Shown: positions 45,189 to 54,473 of the stretch, one piece after another
Layout: each line of letters starts with the position of its first letter
Position numbering within the stretch: position 1 is the first letter of the stretch
IMG/VR virus record: IMGVR_UViG_3300037882_001801
Span: 1-64,000 of that record
From: a virus
Direction: 5' to 3' (one strand)
DNA length: 64,000 nt
Notes under the pieces: generated by a model
The model's input: only the letters and a program-made list of their open reading frames with translations
Told to the model about the DNA's origin: nothing
The model's database searches: none
Program-made: the position numbers and the translations under genes

Positions 45189-48100
45189 ATGCAATTCGCA
45201 CGGCACTTCACCAAACACCTCGCCCCGAACCACGGCCAAGAGTGGTCACCTCAAAACATTCACAACGCCATCCAGTGGAAGAAATTCGATATCCTGATCG
45301 GCTCGAAATCGAAACCGATCCTCGAAATGGAAGTCGAGGCTCCGGCGACATGGTTCCAGAACGCTGTCGACATCCTGGCGCACAAGTACCTGCGCAAGTC
45401 AGGCGTCCCCAACCGGACGGCACCATCAGTGCGCACCGATGACGAATCGGTCCCTCGGTGGTTGGATGTTCAACACCCAGCGATCGGTTCAATCTTCGGC
45501 CGCGAGACCTCTGCCAAACAGGTCTTCCACCGACTGGCCGGTCATTGGACCTACGAGGCTTTCAAGGCTGGCTACTTCGACGCCCACAGCGCAAACTCAG
45601 AAGACAATAACGTTTCACGTGAAACGCACGCGCAGATCTTCTACGACGAAATCTTCTGGATGCTTTCACACCAGATGGCCGCTCCCAACTCTCCACAGTG
45701 GTTCAACACCGGCCTCTACTGGGCCTACGGGATTGCAGGCGATGCAGACACCAACCTGTGGCGCGCACCCCACATCGGTCACGAGGCAACCAACATCGAC
45801 GGTTGCTACATCACGCCCCAGGTCTCGGCTTGCTTCATCCTCGGCGTCGACAACAATCTGGTTCAAGCAAACGGAATCCTCGACACTCTCCGCAAAGAGG
45901 CGACGATCTTCAAATATGGTTCCGGTAGTGGGATCAATTTCTCGACGCTTCAGGCCGTCAATACACCGTTGAAGAACGGTGGTGTTTCCAGCGGCGTCAT
46001 GAGCTTCCTTAAGATTTTCGACACAGCTACGGGCTCAATCAAGTCTGGTGGTACAACGCGTCGCGCAGCATCTATGCGCATCATCGATGCAGATCACCCT
46101 GAAGCGCTTCAATTCGTCGAATGGAAATCTCGCGAAGAAGCAAAAGCTAAAGCATTGATCCAAGCCGGAAAGAGCGCGCGTAATCAAAAAGAAAACGCTG
46201 CTATCACACAAATACCAACAGACTTTGATACCAACACGCTCGCTGAAATAACCGACTTCTACGAAGGGGATGCCTACACCACTGTCTCTGGCCAGAACTC
46301 AAACAACTCGCTTCGTGTCACAGACACGTTCATGAAAGGTCTTAGAGAAGAACCTTCCAAGGTGTCGAGCGATCGTATTATCTCTGAAGTCACACGCAAC
46401 CAAAAACTCTTTGATAAGGCTACTGAAGCTGCACATCGTTGTGGCGATCCTGGAATGCAGTTCCACGACACGATCAACAGGTGGCACACGATCCCGAAGC
46501 ATTCCGAACAGCGCGCGACCAACCCATGCTCGGAATATAGCTTCATCGACAATTCCTCGTGCAACCTCGCATCGCTCAATCTGGTGAACTTCCTCAGCTC
46601 AATTACGAAAGGACCAGAAGCTGAATTTGGAGTGGGCCATTTCGATTCTGAGAGCTTCCGCTACGCGTGTCGTATGTGGACCATTGTCCTCGACGTGTCA
46701 GTTGGCATGGCCTCTTACCCAGATAAGCAAGTCGCCGAAAACTCAGTGAACTACCGTGCGATCGGCCTGGGCTACGCCAACCTCGGTGGTCTCTTGCTCC
46801 TGCTGGGCGTCCCTTACGATTCCAATGAAGGCCGTCGCGTGGCTGCAATGATCACTGCGGTCATGCACGGTCAGGCCGGGTGGACATCAGCTGAGATCGC
46901 AGGTGAACTCGGTGCCTTCCATGATTTTGACTTGCACGCCTCAGACACACTCAACGTCTGGAACATGCATAAAAAGGCGGTATCCGAACTTGGAGATGAA
47001 ATCGTCGCAAATTCGAACATCCCACATGGACAGACACACCCATTACACAACTTGTTCAAGGATCTGGCCGATCTCTGGGGCTTGTCGGACAACAAACGCC
47101 CAACTGAGTTCCGCAACGCACAGCTGACTTTGCTTGCTCCGACAGGCACCATCGGTATGGTGATGGATTGCACTGCGACCGGCATTGAACCGTGCTTCTC
47201 TCTGCACGCGACAAAGAAACTTGCCGGTGGTGGTCAAATGACCCTCGTGAACGAACTGGTCGGGGATGCCTTAACCGGCCTCGGTTACACCAACGCTCAG
47301 ATCAGCGACATCGAACAGTACATCGCGCAACACGGTAATGTCGGCTACGCGTGCCCACATATCCTTCCAGGGCACATGAAAATCTTCGACTGCGCTAACG
47401 ATATCGACCCAATAACAGGTCACGTCGGTATGATGGCAGCAGTTCAACCATTCCTCAGTGGCGCAATATCCAAAACTGTCAACATGCCAAAGTCAGCTAC
47501 AGTAGATGATGTGAAAAATGTTTATCTGACTGCTTGGCAGCAAGGTTTAAAAGCAGTTGCAATTTACCGCGACGGCTGTAAAGACAGCCAGCCGGTTACC
47601 GCTTCGGCGTCTAACGGTAAGGCGTCAGCAACCGCTCCAGTAGTGCCACCTACCAGGACCGAAATTGCTGGCGCCATTAACACTAAGCCTGCACCTACAC
47701 AGCAGCTCTCAACGCGAGCACTTCCGCCACGCGGTCAGATCTCCTCACGCTATAAACTGCCCAGCAAGCGTAACGGTTTCACTATCAAGGTGAACATCGG
47801 TGGCCAATCCCTGTACTTGCGCACTGGCGAATATCCAGATGGCCGTCTCGGGGAAGTCTTCCTTTCCATTGGCAAAGAAGGCTCTGGTCTGCGCCACATG
47901 GTCGACACCAGCGCCATGCTGATCTCGATTGCACTGCAACACGGCGTGCCACTCGAATCGATACGCAACTCCTTCATTGATTCGAAGTCGGACCCGTCAG
48001 GTCTGGTCATTGGATCAGATACCGTACGCACATGCACCTCGATCATCGACTATGTCGTTCGCGAGCTGTGGGCACAGTATGGCTCCAAAGAGACGGTTCT

Positions 48101-48395
48101 GAGTATCGAAGTGCAGTCTCCTGAACCCGGTGAACACAAGCTGTCGATCGAACCAGCGTTGGGCGCACAAGGCCCCGAAGTCGTTCTCCCACTGAAACGT
48201 GAGCCGTTGAAGCTGATCACTTCGAACATCCCAGGCGTCGAGGGCGGTACGGGTGAGCTTCAAGCGGGTGCTGTCCGCACGATGGCGCAGAAGTACAGCG
48301 GGGATGCTTGCCGCGAGTGCCATGAATATAAACTGGTCCGCTCAGGCTCTTGCTACACCTGTCAGGCTTGCGGAACGACCACAGGATGCTCATAA
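45189..48395 (+). CDS. nrdJ: Class II (adenosylcobalamin-dependent) ribonucleotide reductase NrdJ
   Basis: Active-site TNPCSEY with SSCNLASLNL. The N-terminus MQFARHFTK resembles long alphaproteobacterial NrdJ proteins. The C-terminal Cys cluster is CRECHEYKLVRSGSCYTCQACG. I prefer ATG 45189 over the upstream GTG 45087. Confidence 0.9.
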   Translation: MQFARHFTKHLAPNHGQEWSPQNIHNAIQWKKFDILIGSKSKPILEMEVEAPATWFQNAVDILAHKYLRKSGVPNRTAPSVRTDDESVPRWLDVQHPAIGSIFGRETSAKQVFHRLAGHWTYEAFKAGYFDAHSANSEDNNVSRETHAQIFYDEIFWMLSHQMAAPNSPQWFNTGLYWAYGIAGDADTNLWRAPHIGHEATNIDGCYITPQVSACFILGVDNNLVQANGILDTLRKEATIFKYGSGSGINFSTLQAVNTPLKNGGVSSGVMSFLKIFDTATGSIKSGGTTRRAASMRIIDADHPEALQFVEWKSREEAKAKALIQAGKSARNQKENAAITQIPTDFDTNTLAEITDFYEGDAYTTVSGQNSNNSLRVTDTFMKGLREEPSKVSSDRIISEVTRNQKLFDKATEAAHRCGDPGMQFHDTINRWHTIPKHSEQRATNPCSEYSFIDNSSCNLASLNLVNFLSSITKGPEAEFGVGHFDSESFRYACRMWTIVLDVSVGMASYPDKQVAENSVNYRAIGLGYANLGGLLLLLGVPYDSNEGRRVAAMITAVMHGQAGWTSAEIAGELGAFHDFDLHASDTLNVWNMHKKAVSELGDEIVANSNIPHGQTHPLHNLFKDLADLWGLSDNKRPTEFRNAQLTLLAPTGTIGMVMDCTATGIEPCFSLHATKKLAGGGQMTLVNELVGDALTGLGYTNAQISDIEQYIAQHGNVGYACPHILPGHMKIFDCANDIDPITGHVGMMAAVQPFLSGAISKTVNMPKSATVDDVKNVYLTAWQQGLKAVAIYRDGCKDSQPVTASASNGKASATAPVVPPTRTEIAGAINTKPAPTQQLSTRALPPRGQISSRYKLPSKRNGFTIKVNIGGQSLYLRTGEYPDGRLGEVFLSIGKEGSGLRHMVDTSAMLISIALQHGVPLESIRNSFIDSKSDPSGLVIGSDTVRTCTSIIDYVVRELWAQYGSKETVLSIEVQSPEPGEHKLSIEPALGAQGPEVVLPLKREPLKLITSNIPGVEGGTGELQAGAVRTMAQKYSGDACRECHEYKLVRSGSCYTCQACGTTTGCS

Positions 48396-48430
48396 TCCAG
48401 GCTAGTCGGGGTAGCTAGGAAAGCGGGATA

Positions 48431-48457
48431 GGGGTGGTGGCAACACTGCCCCTTTTT
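48431..48457 (+). terminator. Probable intrinsic terminator after nrdJ
   Basis: GGGGTGGT / ACTGCCCC stem (8 bp, two G-U) followed by TTTTT. Confidence 0.5.
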
Positions 48458-48505
48458 CGCATTCAAAACATTGACTGCGCCGCAATAAACATTTAGGTTC
48501 CGCAT

Positions 48506-48715
48506 ATGAGATACAGTCCTACAAGACGAAAAAGACCAATAATTGCACAAAAAGGCGATATAAGAATTTTGTTTGATTCGACTACATACGCCACACATGC
48601 GATTGGTCGAGCGAACCGAGAAGTCATCGCCTTCTGGGCTACTCACGAACTGACCAGACTAGGTTGGACATGGTCCTATTACAAAGTGGAAAGCATCAAT
48701 GCATCTGAAAGCTAA
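48506..48715 (+). CDS. Hypothetical protein (69 aa)
   Basis: ATG ORF whose end overlaps the next start. No motifs recognised. Confidence 0.5.
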   Translation: MRYSPTRRKRPIIAQKGDIRILFDSTTYATHAIGRANREVIAFWATHELTRLGWTWSYYKVESINASES

Positions 48716-49217
48716 TTTCATCACGCGTCGGCTCGCACGCTTCTTCAATAGTCGCGCTGACAAGGTCATGCGACGCCCACCAGACTTTATCATCGGTGGC
48801 GAAGACAGCCCTTACATGAAGCGTTGGTATGTCTTGCCCCGAAATCGTTGGGGCAACATCTACTTTCACGAATACCATCGCCCTGACGACGATCGCGCGC
48901 TTCACGACCACCCGTGGCACTCAGTGTCGCTGTGCCTAAAAGGCCCACTGCTTGATGTAACTGAGAAGCAGACTTTGGAGGTCTGGCCGGGTGATGTTGT
49001 ATTCCGCGGAACCAACGCCAAGAGTCCGCATCGCATCGATCTGCCCATAATCAGCGAGGCTGGGCACCACCTGACGCACCAACGGACCCTTTTCATCATG
49101 GGGCCTCGCGTCCGCGAGTGGGGTTTTCACTGTCCCAAAGGCTGGGTGCATTGGAAAGATTTCACCAAACATACAGAAACCGGCGATAGCTCCAAAGTTG
49201 GTCGAGGCTGCGATTGA
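48699..49217 (+). CDS. Hypothetical protein with His-rich cupin-like motif
   Basis: YFHEYHRPDDDRALHDHPWHSVSL ... SPHRI suggests a metal-binding beta-barrel. Recall-based, with no firm family. Confidence 0.6.
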   Translation: MHLKANFITRRLARFFNSRADKVMRRPPDFIIGGEDSPYMKRWYVLPRNRWGNIYFHEYHRPDDDRALHDHPWHSVSLCLKGPLLDVTEKQTLEVWPGDVVFRGTNAKSPHRIDLPIISEAGHHLTHQRTLFIMGPRVREWGFHCPKGWVHWKDFTKHTETGDSSKVGRGCD

Positions 49218-49825
49218 CACACGTCCCTGACATTGGCCCACCCGGCGAACGTTTCCTCAAAGTAGGAGACTTAGCCGTGTATCACCTCTCCGGGATCTTC
49301 CTGAATAGAGAACGTCTAACTAACGTAATAGAGGCATGCGAATTTAACCATTATGTAATCAAACTCCAAATAGATGAGTGGGGAAGATACATTCCAGATG
49401 CTAAAGGAGGTTTTAAGAAGTTAAAACAATATGGTCATGTTGAGATAGTTATGCTCTATGACTACTCTGAGAACGACAAAACTATAAAGCTACGCCAAGA
49501 AAAGTTTATTGAGCGAAAAACTCTCTACGTTACACGTACAGTATACTTAGCAGACCAACTTAACAGAGCTTTTAAACACTCAGGCTGTGAAGCTCGGGCT
49601 GCTGCCTTTGATAGTTGTATGACTGGAACACTTTACCAGCGCATAATTTGGACGTTTAGTTTTAAAGGTTTTAATGATTCAATATTAGGAGTGTCAGGGA
49701 CACAACGCGCGATACAAAGACGAAAAGAGTATTGGCCTACGCACCTATCTCTAGGCAATACAATAGAAGACCGTGACTACGACGAAATATACGCAGAACA
49801 CTATGCGAAAGGTTTCTCAAAATGA
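49214..49825 (+). CDS. Hypothetical protein (AT-rich gene; start uncertain)
   Basis: The track start is a TTG overlapping the previous TGA. An alternative is GTG 49277 with GGAGA 7 nt upstream. Confidence 0.5.
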   Translation: MTHVPDIGPPGERFLKVGDLAVYHLSGIFLNRERLTNVIEACEFNHYVIKLQIDEWGRYIPDAKGGFKKLKQYGHVEIVMLYDYSENDKTIKLRQEKFIERKTLYVTRTVYLADQLNRAFKHSGCEARAAAFDSCMTGTLYQRIIWTFSFKGFNDSILGVSGTQRAIQRRKEYWPTHLSLGNTIEDRDYDEIYAEHYAKGFSK

Positions 49826-49835
49826 CAAACCAAAA

Positions 49836-50108
49836 TTATGATTTAGAATGCCGTGGTGCGACCTCAGCCGCCCGCTCAGCGTCGAGAGCACGCAGACCAG
49901 CAGGAGTGATGACAAACCGCACACGGTTTGAAGGGTTCACAGGGTAATAGTGATGCACGTAGCCTGAAACATACATCCAGTCGGCTATCTTCTTCGGAAG
50001 AAGATCCACACGCTGGGCCTTTTCACCTCCACCCTCGGAAGCAACGCGAACAATGTCGAGCCACTGGCGCTGTTGCTTCGTCATTCCCTCAGTCTTTGCC
50101 ATTGCCAT
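49836..50108 (-). CDS. Hypothetical 90-aa protein, lone minus-strand gene, possibly DNA-binding
   Basis: Clean ATG ORF, divergent from a strong promoter-like element. Basic/helical content, with no family recognised. Confidence 0.55.
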   Translation of the reverse strand: MAMAKTEGMTKQQRQWLDIVRVASEGGGEKAQRVDLLPKKIADWMYVSGYVHHYYPVNPSNRVRFVITPAGLRALDAERAAEVAPRHSKS

Positions 50109-50139
50109 TTCTCTTTTTGCTGGAAGTTTTAGTTTTTTC

Positions 50140-50167
50140 TTGACAGTTCATTTATAGCTGCTATTTT
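50140..50167 (+). promoter_or_regulatory. Sigma70-like promoter
   Basis: TTGACA (50140-50145), 16-nt spacer, TATTTT (50162-50167), about 35 nt upstream of ATG 50201. Confidence 0.55.
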
Positions 50168-50200
50168 AGGTTCTAGTCAACCAACAGGAACCGTATCACT

Positions 50201-50641
50201 ATGCTGATTTCTCAGAAACATCGCCACGCACGCGGAAAAGTCAAGCCAAACGAACTTCCTGAAACCGCGCCTGTCACAGCTCTGTGCGGCTGGATTTCCA
50301 CGCGCCTCTACAACGGCCTGCTCAAGACCTGCCAGAACGTCGGTGAGGTGATTTCATTCCTATCTGATGACGGCCGGATCTCTAATGCTGGCCGGGAAAG
50401 GCACGCAGAAGCGCTGGATCTTCTGATGGACGGTCGTGTAGCGCCCAAAGTGAAGTTGGCGGGTCAAGAAGTCGAGGACGATAACTATGAGGTAAAGAAG
50501 TTTCAAAAGCAGCTTAAGCAGTTGGAGATCTACACCTGCGTTTTAGAGCGTATTGTTTACCAATACGTCGACCCAATGGCGGTCTCTGACGCGGATGCTG
50601 TTATCGTCATGTCTATTGGCCGAAAGCCTCAGGCTCAGTAG
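50201..50641 (+). CDS. Hypothetical protein (146 aa)
   Basis: Clean ORF behind the promoter candidate. The segment WISTRLYNGLLKTCQNVGEVI is vaguely helix-hairpin-helix-like. Confidence 0.6.
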   Translation: MLISQKHRHARGKVKPNELPETAPVTALCGWISTRLYNGLLKTCQNVGEVISFLSDDGRISNAGRERHAEALDLLMDGRVAPKVKLAGQEVEDDNYEVKKFQKQLKQLEIYTCVLERIVYQYVDPMAVSDADAVIVMSIGRKPQAQ

Positions 50642-50685
50642 TCTACACATCCAGTGCATTGTACAACAAACGTGAGGATGAGGGT

Positions 50686-51201
50686 ATGCTTAAGTGGCGA
50701 CGGCTAAACTATGACGAGTCTCGTTCGTACAAGTGCTCTGAATGTCCGGCAGATCATGCGCACTTTTTGATAGAATCGTCTTATAGAACACCTATGCGTA
50801 GAACCTGTTGCGGCAGCTGTTATGCTGAACACATGTTGCGCATCGAAGAAATAGGCGAAGAACAACAAAAAATAAATATACTTAAAGATGAGCTAAAGTT
50901 TGGGATTTGCATTGGCGGTCCCATTGGAGGTCAAGTTCGAACAGCTATTGGGATGAGTTTTAAGGTTGCGTTCGACAGACCGTATGGTTTCGATGATTTG
51001 TCGCCTACACCCTTGAAACGTAGGAAAACCGAAGCAAAAACCGTAAAAGCTTGCGCAATCTACCACTACGAAAGGTTAGAGTTCACGTTTAAAACTGGTA
51101 ACGTTATCGGTTTATGGATCTACGAACAAAATAAGGCTAAAGATATTGTTATGAACGTGTTGAAAGCCTACTCTGCGCACGCGATGGAAGAACTACCATG
51201 A
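50686..51201 (+). CDS. Hypothetical protein with N-terminal Cys4 zinc-ribbon-like motif
   Basis: ATG 50686 has GAGGATGAGGG upstream. Motif: CSECPADH...CCGSC. Confidence 0.6.
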   Translation: MLKWRRLNYDESRSYKCSECPADHAHFLIESSYRTPMRRTCCGSCYAEHMLRIEEIGEEQQKINILKDELKFGICIGGPIGGQVRTAIGMSFKVAFDRPYGFDDLSPTPLKRRKTEAKTVKACAIYHYERLEFTFKTGNVIGLWIYEQNKAKDIVMNVLKAYSAHAMEELP

Positions 51202-51476
51202 ATGACACACCTGAGAAGAAGCCTCTTGAGTTTCCAAAGTATCGTGCGCACTGGCCTAGTAAAGCTGTTGATGTGTGCAAGTGGCACGCAGAACAGCTCG
51301 CAGGGCTTGCATCCGTCATGGGCTTTAAGCTTCCAATCAGCTTGTTGATAGAAACACCAACTGGAAATGATATGTTTTGCATCAACTGTGTCAACGAAGT
51401 GAAGCGGAATAACCCACAGTTCGAATGGCCACCTAAACCATCTGAAACTGAACCGAAAGTGGTGATTGATGACTGA
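51198..51476 (+). CDS. Hypothetical protein (92 aa), Cys-containing
   Basis: ATGA overlap with the previous gene. Motif: CKWH...CINC. Confidence 0.6.
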   Translation: MNDTPEKKPLEFPKYRAHWPSKAVDVCKWHAEQLAGLASVMGFKLPISLLIETPTGNDMFCINCVNEVKRNNPQFEWPPKPSETEPKVVIDD

Positions 51477-51588
51477 AGTGGCGCAACAAACCCTCTGTGG
51501 GAAGTATGCACTTTGCATAGATGACGAATCGTGCAAAGTAACCGCTGACAGGGCGGCAAGCCATGGCGAGGTGCGCCATGGTCGATAA
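51469..51588 (+). CDS. Possible 39-aa peptide bridging two genes
   Basis: Its ATG overlaps the previous stop (ATGACTGA) and its stop overlaps ATG 51578 (ATGGTCGATAA). Supported only by this coupling geometry. Confidence 0.3.
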   Translation: MTEVAQQTLCGKYALCIDDESCKVTADRAASHGEVRHGR

Positions 51589-51787
51589 AATAGAAACAGA
51601 CGATGATCTGAACGTAACCGACGAGATGATAGACGCGGGCTATGACGTTCTGCGAGAATTTGCCTACGACTGGACTGACGTCACCGAGCCAAAAATTGTG
51701 GGATTAGCGCTTCGCGAGATTTACAAAGCGATGCTCATGGCGAAACCGAAGCAGACCGCTACACGACAGGATAGCCGACAGCTGTAA
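51578..51787 (+). CDS. Hypothetical acidic protein (69 aa; alternative start 51563)
   Basis: Product MVDKIETDDDLNVTDEMIDAGYD... No motifs recognised. Confidence 0.55.
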   Translation: MVDKIETDDDLNVTDEMIDAGYDVLREFAYDWTDVTEPKIVGLALREIYKAMLMAKPKQTATRQDSRQL

Positions 51788-51980
51788 GCTCGTCGCTGGC
51801 GTCAAACATGAGCAAGATAAGGTCCGCAATAAACATGTCGCCAAGGTTGCCGTAAACAAGGCGGTCGTTGTCGGATTTAGTGTAGTTGAGGTGGCGCAAG
51901 CTGCATTCTATGTCAAGTGCACACTTCCCCCTCTGTCTTACAGTGACCCACATAGATCCCGCATTCTTTATTGCAGTGTT

Positions 51981-52496
51981 ATGGCTTCACAGCTTAATGT
52001 TAGCTGCGTGTGTAACGATGTTGGTCACACGTTGGTCCGACGCACGGAAAGTCGAATAGCCATGAGAGACCCCCTTCAAGTCGTACCAATTGATTGCGCC
52101 GGGTGCACAGCCTGTTGCCGCAACAATACCATCCCAGTGGTCGCTGAACTTGGGGACGATTTGACCAAATACCGCCTCCAAAAGTACCTTCCGACCGGCC
52201 CACGGAGCTACGATCACTACCTAGCCGAAAAACAGGATGGTTTTGTCCTCTCAATTGAGCAAAAACCGAACGGCGATTGTGTCTATTGTGGTGTCGATAG
52301 CTGCCAAATCTACGAAGATCGTCCTGTTGTGTGTAAACTGTTCAACTGCGTTGAAGTTGTCAGAGACATAGCAGAAACTGAACCTGACAAGCTTGGAGCG
52401 CTTGGTAAAGGCGTTATGGAAGCCGGTCTAGAGAGACTTTCGCGTCAAGAACGGCGCAAAATCCTCCGAAAAGTTGAAAATTCACTCAAAAAGTAG
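51981..52496 (+). CDS. YkgJ/UPF0153-type Cys-cluster (CxxCxxCC) protein
   Basis: DCAGCTACCRNN is followed by CVYCGVDSCQIYEDRPVVCKLFNC. The start is uncertain (GTG 51891, ATG 51981 or ATG 52064). Confidence 0.65.
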   Translation: MASQLNVSCVCNDVGHTLVRRTESRIAMRDPLQVVPIDCAGCTACCRNNTIPVVAELGDDLTKYRLQKYLPTGPRSYDHYLAEKQDGFVLSIEQKPNGDCVYCGVDSCQIYEDRPVVCKLFNCVEVVRDIAETEPDKLGALGKGVMEAGLERLSRQERRKILRKVENSLKK

Positions 52497-52505
52497 AGAA
52501 CTAAC

Positions 52506-52760
52506 ATGAGACAGACTAGAACCTACGTCGAATTGGACCTGCCTAGAGCCGTTTGGGATCTGATCCACGCGAAGCTCGATGCAGCAGGCTATGAGCACGC
52601 CATTGATATGCAGAACATGACCCTAGACATGCAAGGGATCGGGATCATAGTCAGCGATTGCCCTGACGGTTGTCGTGGATCAGGCCGTGAAATGATCGAT
52701 CGTGGCCATGGAGACGTTGCGGATATACCGTGCTCACTATGCACGCCGCAATTTAAATAA
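52506..52760 (+). CDS. Hypothetical protein (84 aa) with CxxCxGxG-like zinc motif
   Basis: Motif: CPDGCRGSG ... CSLC. Confidence 0.6.
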   Translation: MRQTRTYVELDLPRAVWDLIHAKLDAAGYEHAIDMQNMTLDMQGIGIIVSDCPDGCRGSGREMIDRGHGDVADIPCSLCTPQFK

Positions 52761-52786
52761 TCAGAGCAGGATAAGATAGCCGCTTA

Positions 52787-52812
52787 GGGGCTTTCCCGTG
52801 CAGGAAAACCCC
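52787..52812 (+). terminator. Terminator-like hairpin between convergent genes
   Basis: GGGGCTTTCC / GGAAAACCCC (10 bp, one mismatch), loop CGTGCA, followed by a T-rich stretch. Confidence 0.5.
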
Positions 52813-52838
52813 CAAGATTTTATATGTGTGTTTTATCT

Positions 52839-53123
52839 CTAATCCATACCAAGATCGGCGCCAATTATACGTGCCCCTTCTAGTGCTGCAGTTTTGATAA
52901 ACCCAAATCCGCCAGCGTCAAGTTCGCCCATACACAATCCGTAATCATTCGCGTTGACGATCAAATCATGTATAAACTTTGCGCGTAATCTAGGTCTTCT
53001 ACTAATTTTACAAATACTTTTATTGCTTATTCTTCCACGTGATTCACCATTTTTTTCTACTAATTTAGCTATCAGGCTAAGTGTTTCTTCTACGGATAAG
53101 TATTGCATGTGTTCAGTCTCCAT
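52839..53123 (-). CDS. Hypothetical 94-aa protein, markedly AT-rich gene
   Basis: Clean ATG ORF downstream of the 377-aa minus-strand gene. No motifs recognised. Confidence 0.55.
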   Translation of the reverse strand: METEHMQYLSVEETLSLIAKLVEKNGESRGRISNKSICKISRRPRLRAKFIHDLIVNANDYGLCMGELDAGGFGFIKTAALEGARIIGADLGMD

Positions 53124-53246
53124 GTTGAAGGCTGATTTACAGTAAACTTAAAACATAGTTAAAGCAACACTTATTTCAGATTAACCATCGAAGCCGGTGT
53201 CTGGTCACCGTGTACATGCCCTGTGAGGGCGAATAGTTTTATTTCG

Positions 53247-54380
53247 CTAAGGTGTTTCGTCTGGGGGTTCATCTTTGGAACGTGCAGCCAGCATTGTTTC
53301 GATCGCGAGCGCTTGTAGCTTCTCAGCAGCGGCCGGGTCATTGGCCATAAAGTCGTCAAGCTTTTTGCGAAAGCGGCCGATTTCGGATTCTTCTTCCTGT
53401 TTCAAGCCATGGTAGTTGGTGACGCTATCTTGAATGCCACGCGCTACGGAGGCGTGTGGTGCAGGCTGGAAACCAGCATCTTTGAGAGGTTTCGGCCCTG
53501 TGGCTGGGTGGCCAAGAGCTGTACGCTGCATGCGTACCAGGGTGTCGATCCCAGCGATAAGATCCTTGGCCTGAAGTCCCGCCCACGGCCTGCCATCCTG
53601 ATCATCGAAGCGCTGTTTGATCTCCGTTTCTAGCTGATCGATGAGCCGCCCAGTCAACTTGAAGTGCTTGTCTTCCACGTCGAGGATGCGCTGGTCTCGT
53701 AGTCTGGCTGCCGCGACCGGCTGCAGGATGTCATAGGAGCGGGCACGTTCTTCCCAGTAGTAGAACGTGTAGATATCCAGCTGGTCGAGTTCCAGCGCTG
53801 AAGTGTTGAGGTTGGCTGTGGCCTTGCTCTTACTGGTTTTGCCCGTCTGCTGAAGCTGTGTGGCCTTCTGAAGGGCGCGGTTGTCTGTGGCAGGTGTTAG
53901 CGGCTGACGCTCTGCGGAGCGCAGGTAGAGCTGAAAATCCTGATGAAAGTGGTCAGGCTCATGTGGGAGCTTCAACCACACCGGCTGCTGATGCTGGCGC
54001 CGGGTTTTCGGGTTGGTGTGCGAAAACGCATGGTAGCCCTCAATCATGGATAATGGGATCTTGGCCGCTTCGAGAATCTGATTTTGCTTCTGGGCAGGTT
54101 TGTTGGCGAAGTTCGCAGGGAGCTTCGTGAAATCAATGAAGTATTGCAGGTAGAAGTTCCGGTCGCGTGGCGTGTTTGCGACGATACGCCTGAACGTTTC
54201 AATAAACGGTTCCAGCGAGGGAGATTCGATCTCTCCGTCGAGAATATCGTGCTTGAGCTGCTTAAGCTGTGTTGTCTTGGTCTGATTCATGGGGTGAATG
54301 ATTAGCAGTTCTGGTTCTGCATGGGCAAATAGTTTTGGCGCTAAACCGCGCATAAATTTTTTGATCAGGGTGCTGAGCAA
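53247..54380 (-). CDS. Hypothetical 377-aa protein (orphan; start TTG 54380 or ATG 54353)
   Basis: Long clean ORF with helical, charged, Gln-rich sequence. It is divergent from the 54834 cassette. No catalytic or nucleotide-binding motifs seen. Confidence 0.6.
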   Translation of the reverse strand: MLSTLIKKFMRGLAPKLFAHAEPELLIIHPMNQTKTTQLKQLKHDILDGEIESPSLEPFIETFRRIVANTPRDRNFYLQYFIDFTKLPANFANKPAQKQNQILEAAKIPLSMIEGYHAFSHTNPKTRRQHQQPVWLKLPHEPDHFHQDFQLYLRSAERQPLTPATDNRALQKATQLQQTGKTSKSKATANLNTSALELDQLDIYTFYYWEERARSYDILQPVAAARLRDQRILDVEDKHFKLTGRLIDQLETEIKQRFDDQDGRPWAGLQAKDLIAGIDTLVRMQRTALGHPATGPKPLKDAGFQPAPHASVARGIQDSVTNYHGLKQEEESEIGRFRKKLDDFMANDPAAAEKLQALAIETMLAARSKDEPPDETP

Positions 54381-54473
54381 AATAGTTTTTCAAAAATTGG
54401 CTGACACCCACCAGTACTGAGCAACAACAGTCGCCGGGCACGCGCGTCTGCCCAAGAAAGTTACTTTGTCAAG

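Noticed and set aside
44545-45214. Four overlapping ORFs (62-100 aa, both strands) in the terL-nrdJ spacer, considered as a possible hidden terS
   Set aside because: They are Arg/Cys/Pro/Ser-rich translations typical of non-coding GC-rich DNA, have no RBS and overlap one another. None resembles a small terminase.
45189-48395. Inteins or introns in nrdJ (also checked in the polymerase and terL)
   Set aside because: Conserved motifs follow one another at normal spacing, with no inserted endonuclease-like block and no frame breaks.
51759-51953. Minus-strand 64-aa ORF between 51787 and 51981
   Set aside because: It would overlap the 3' end of the plus-strand gene convergently by 29 bp and has only a marginal RBS. 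The evidence is insufficient.
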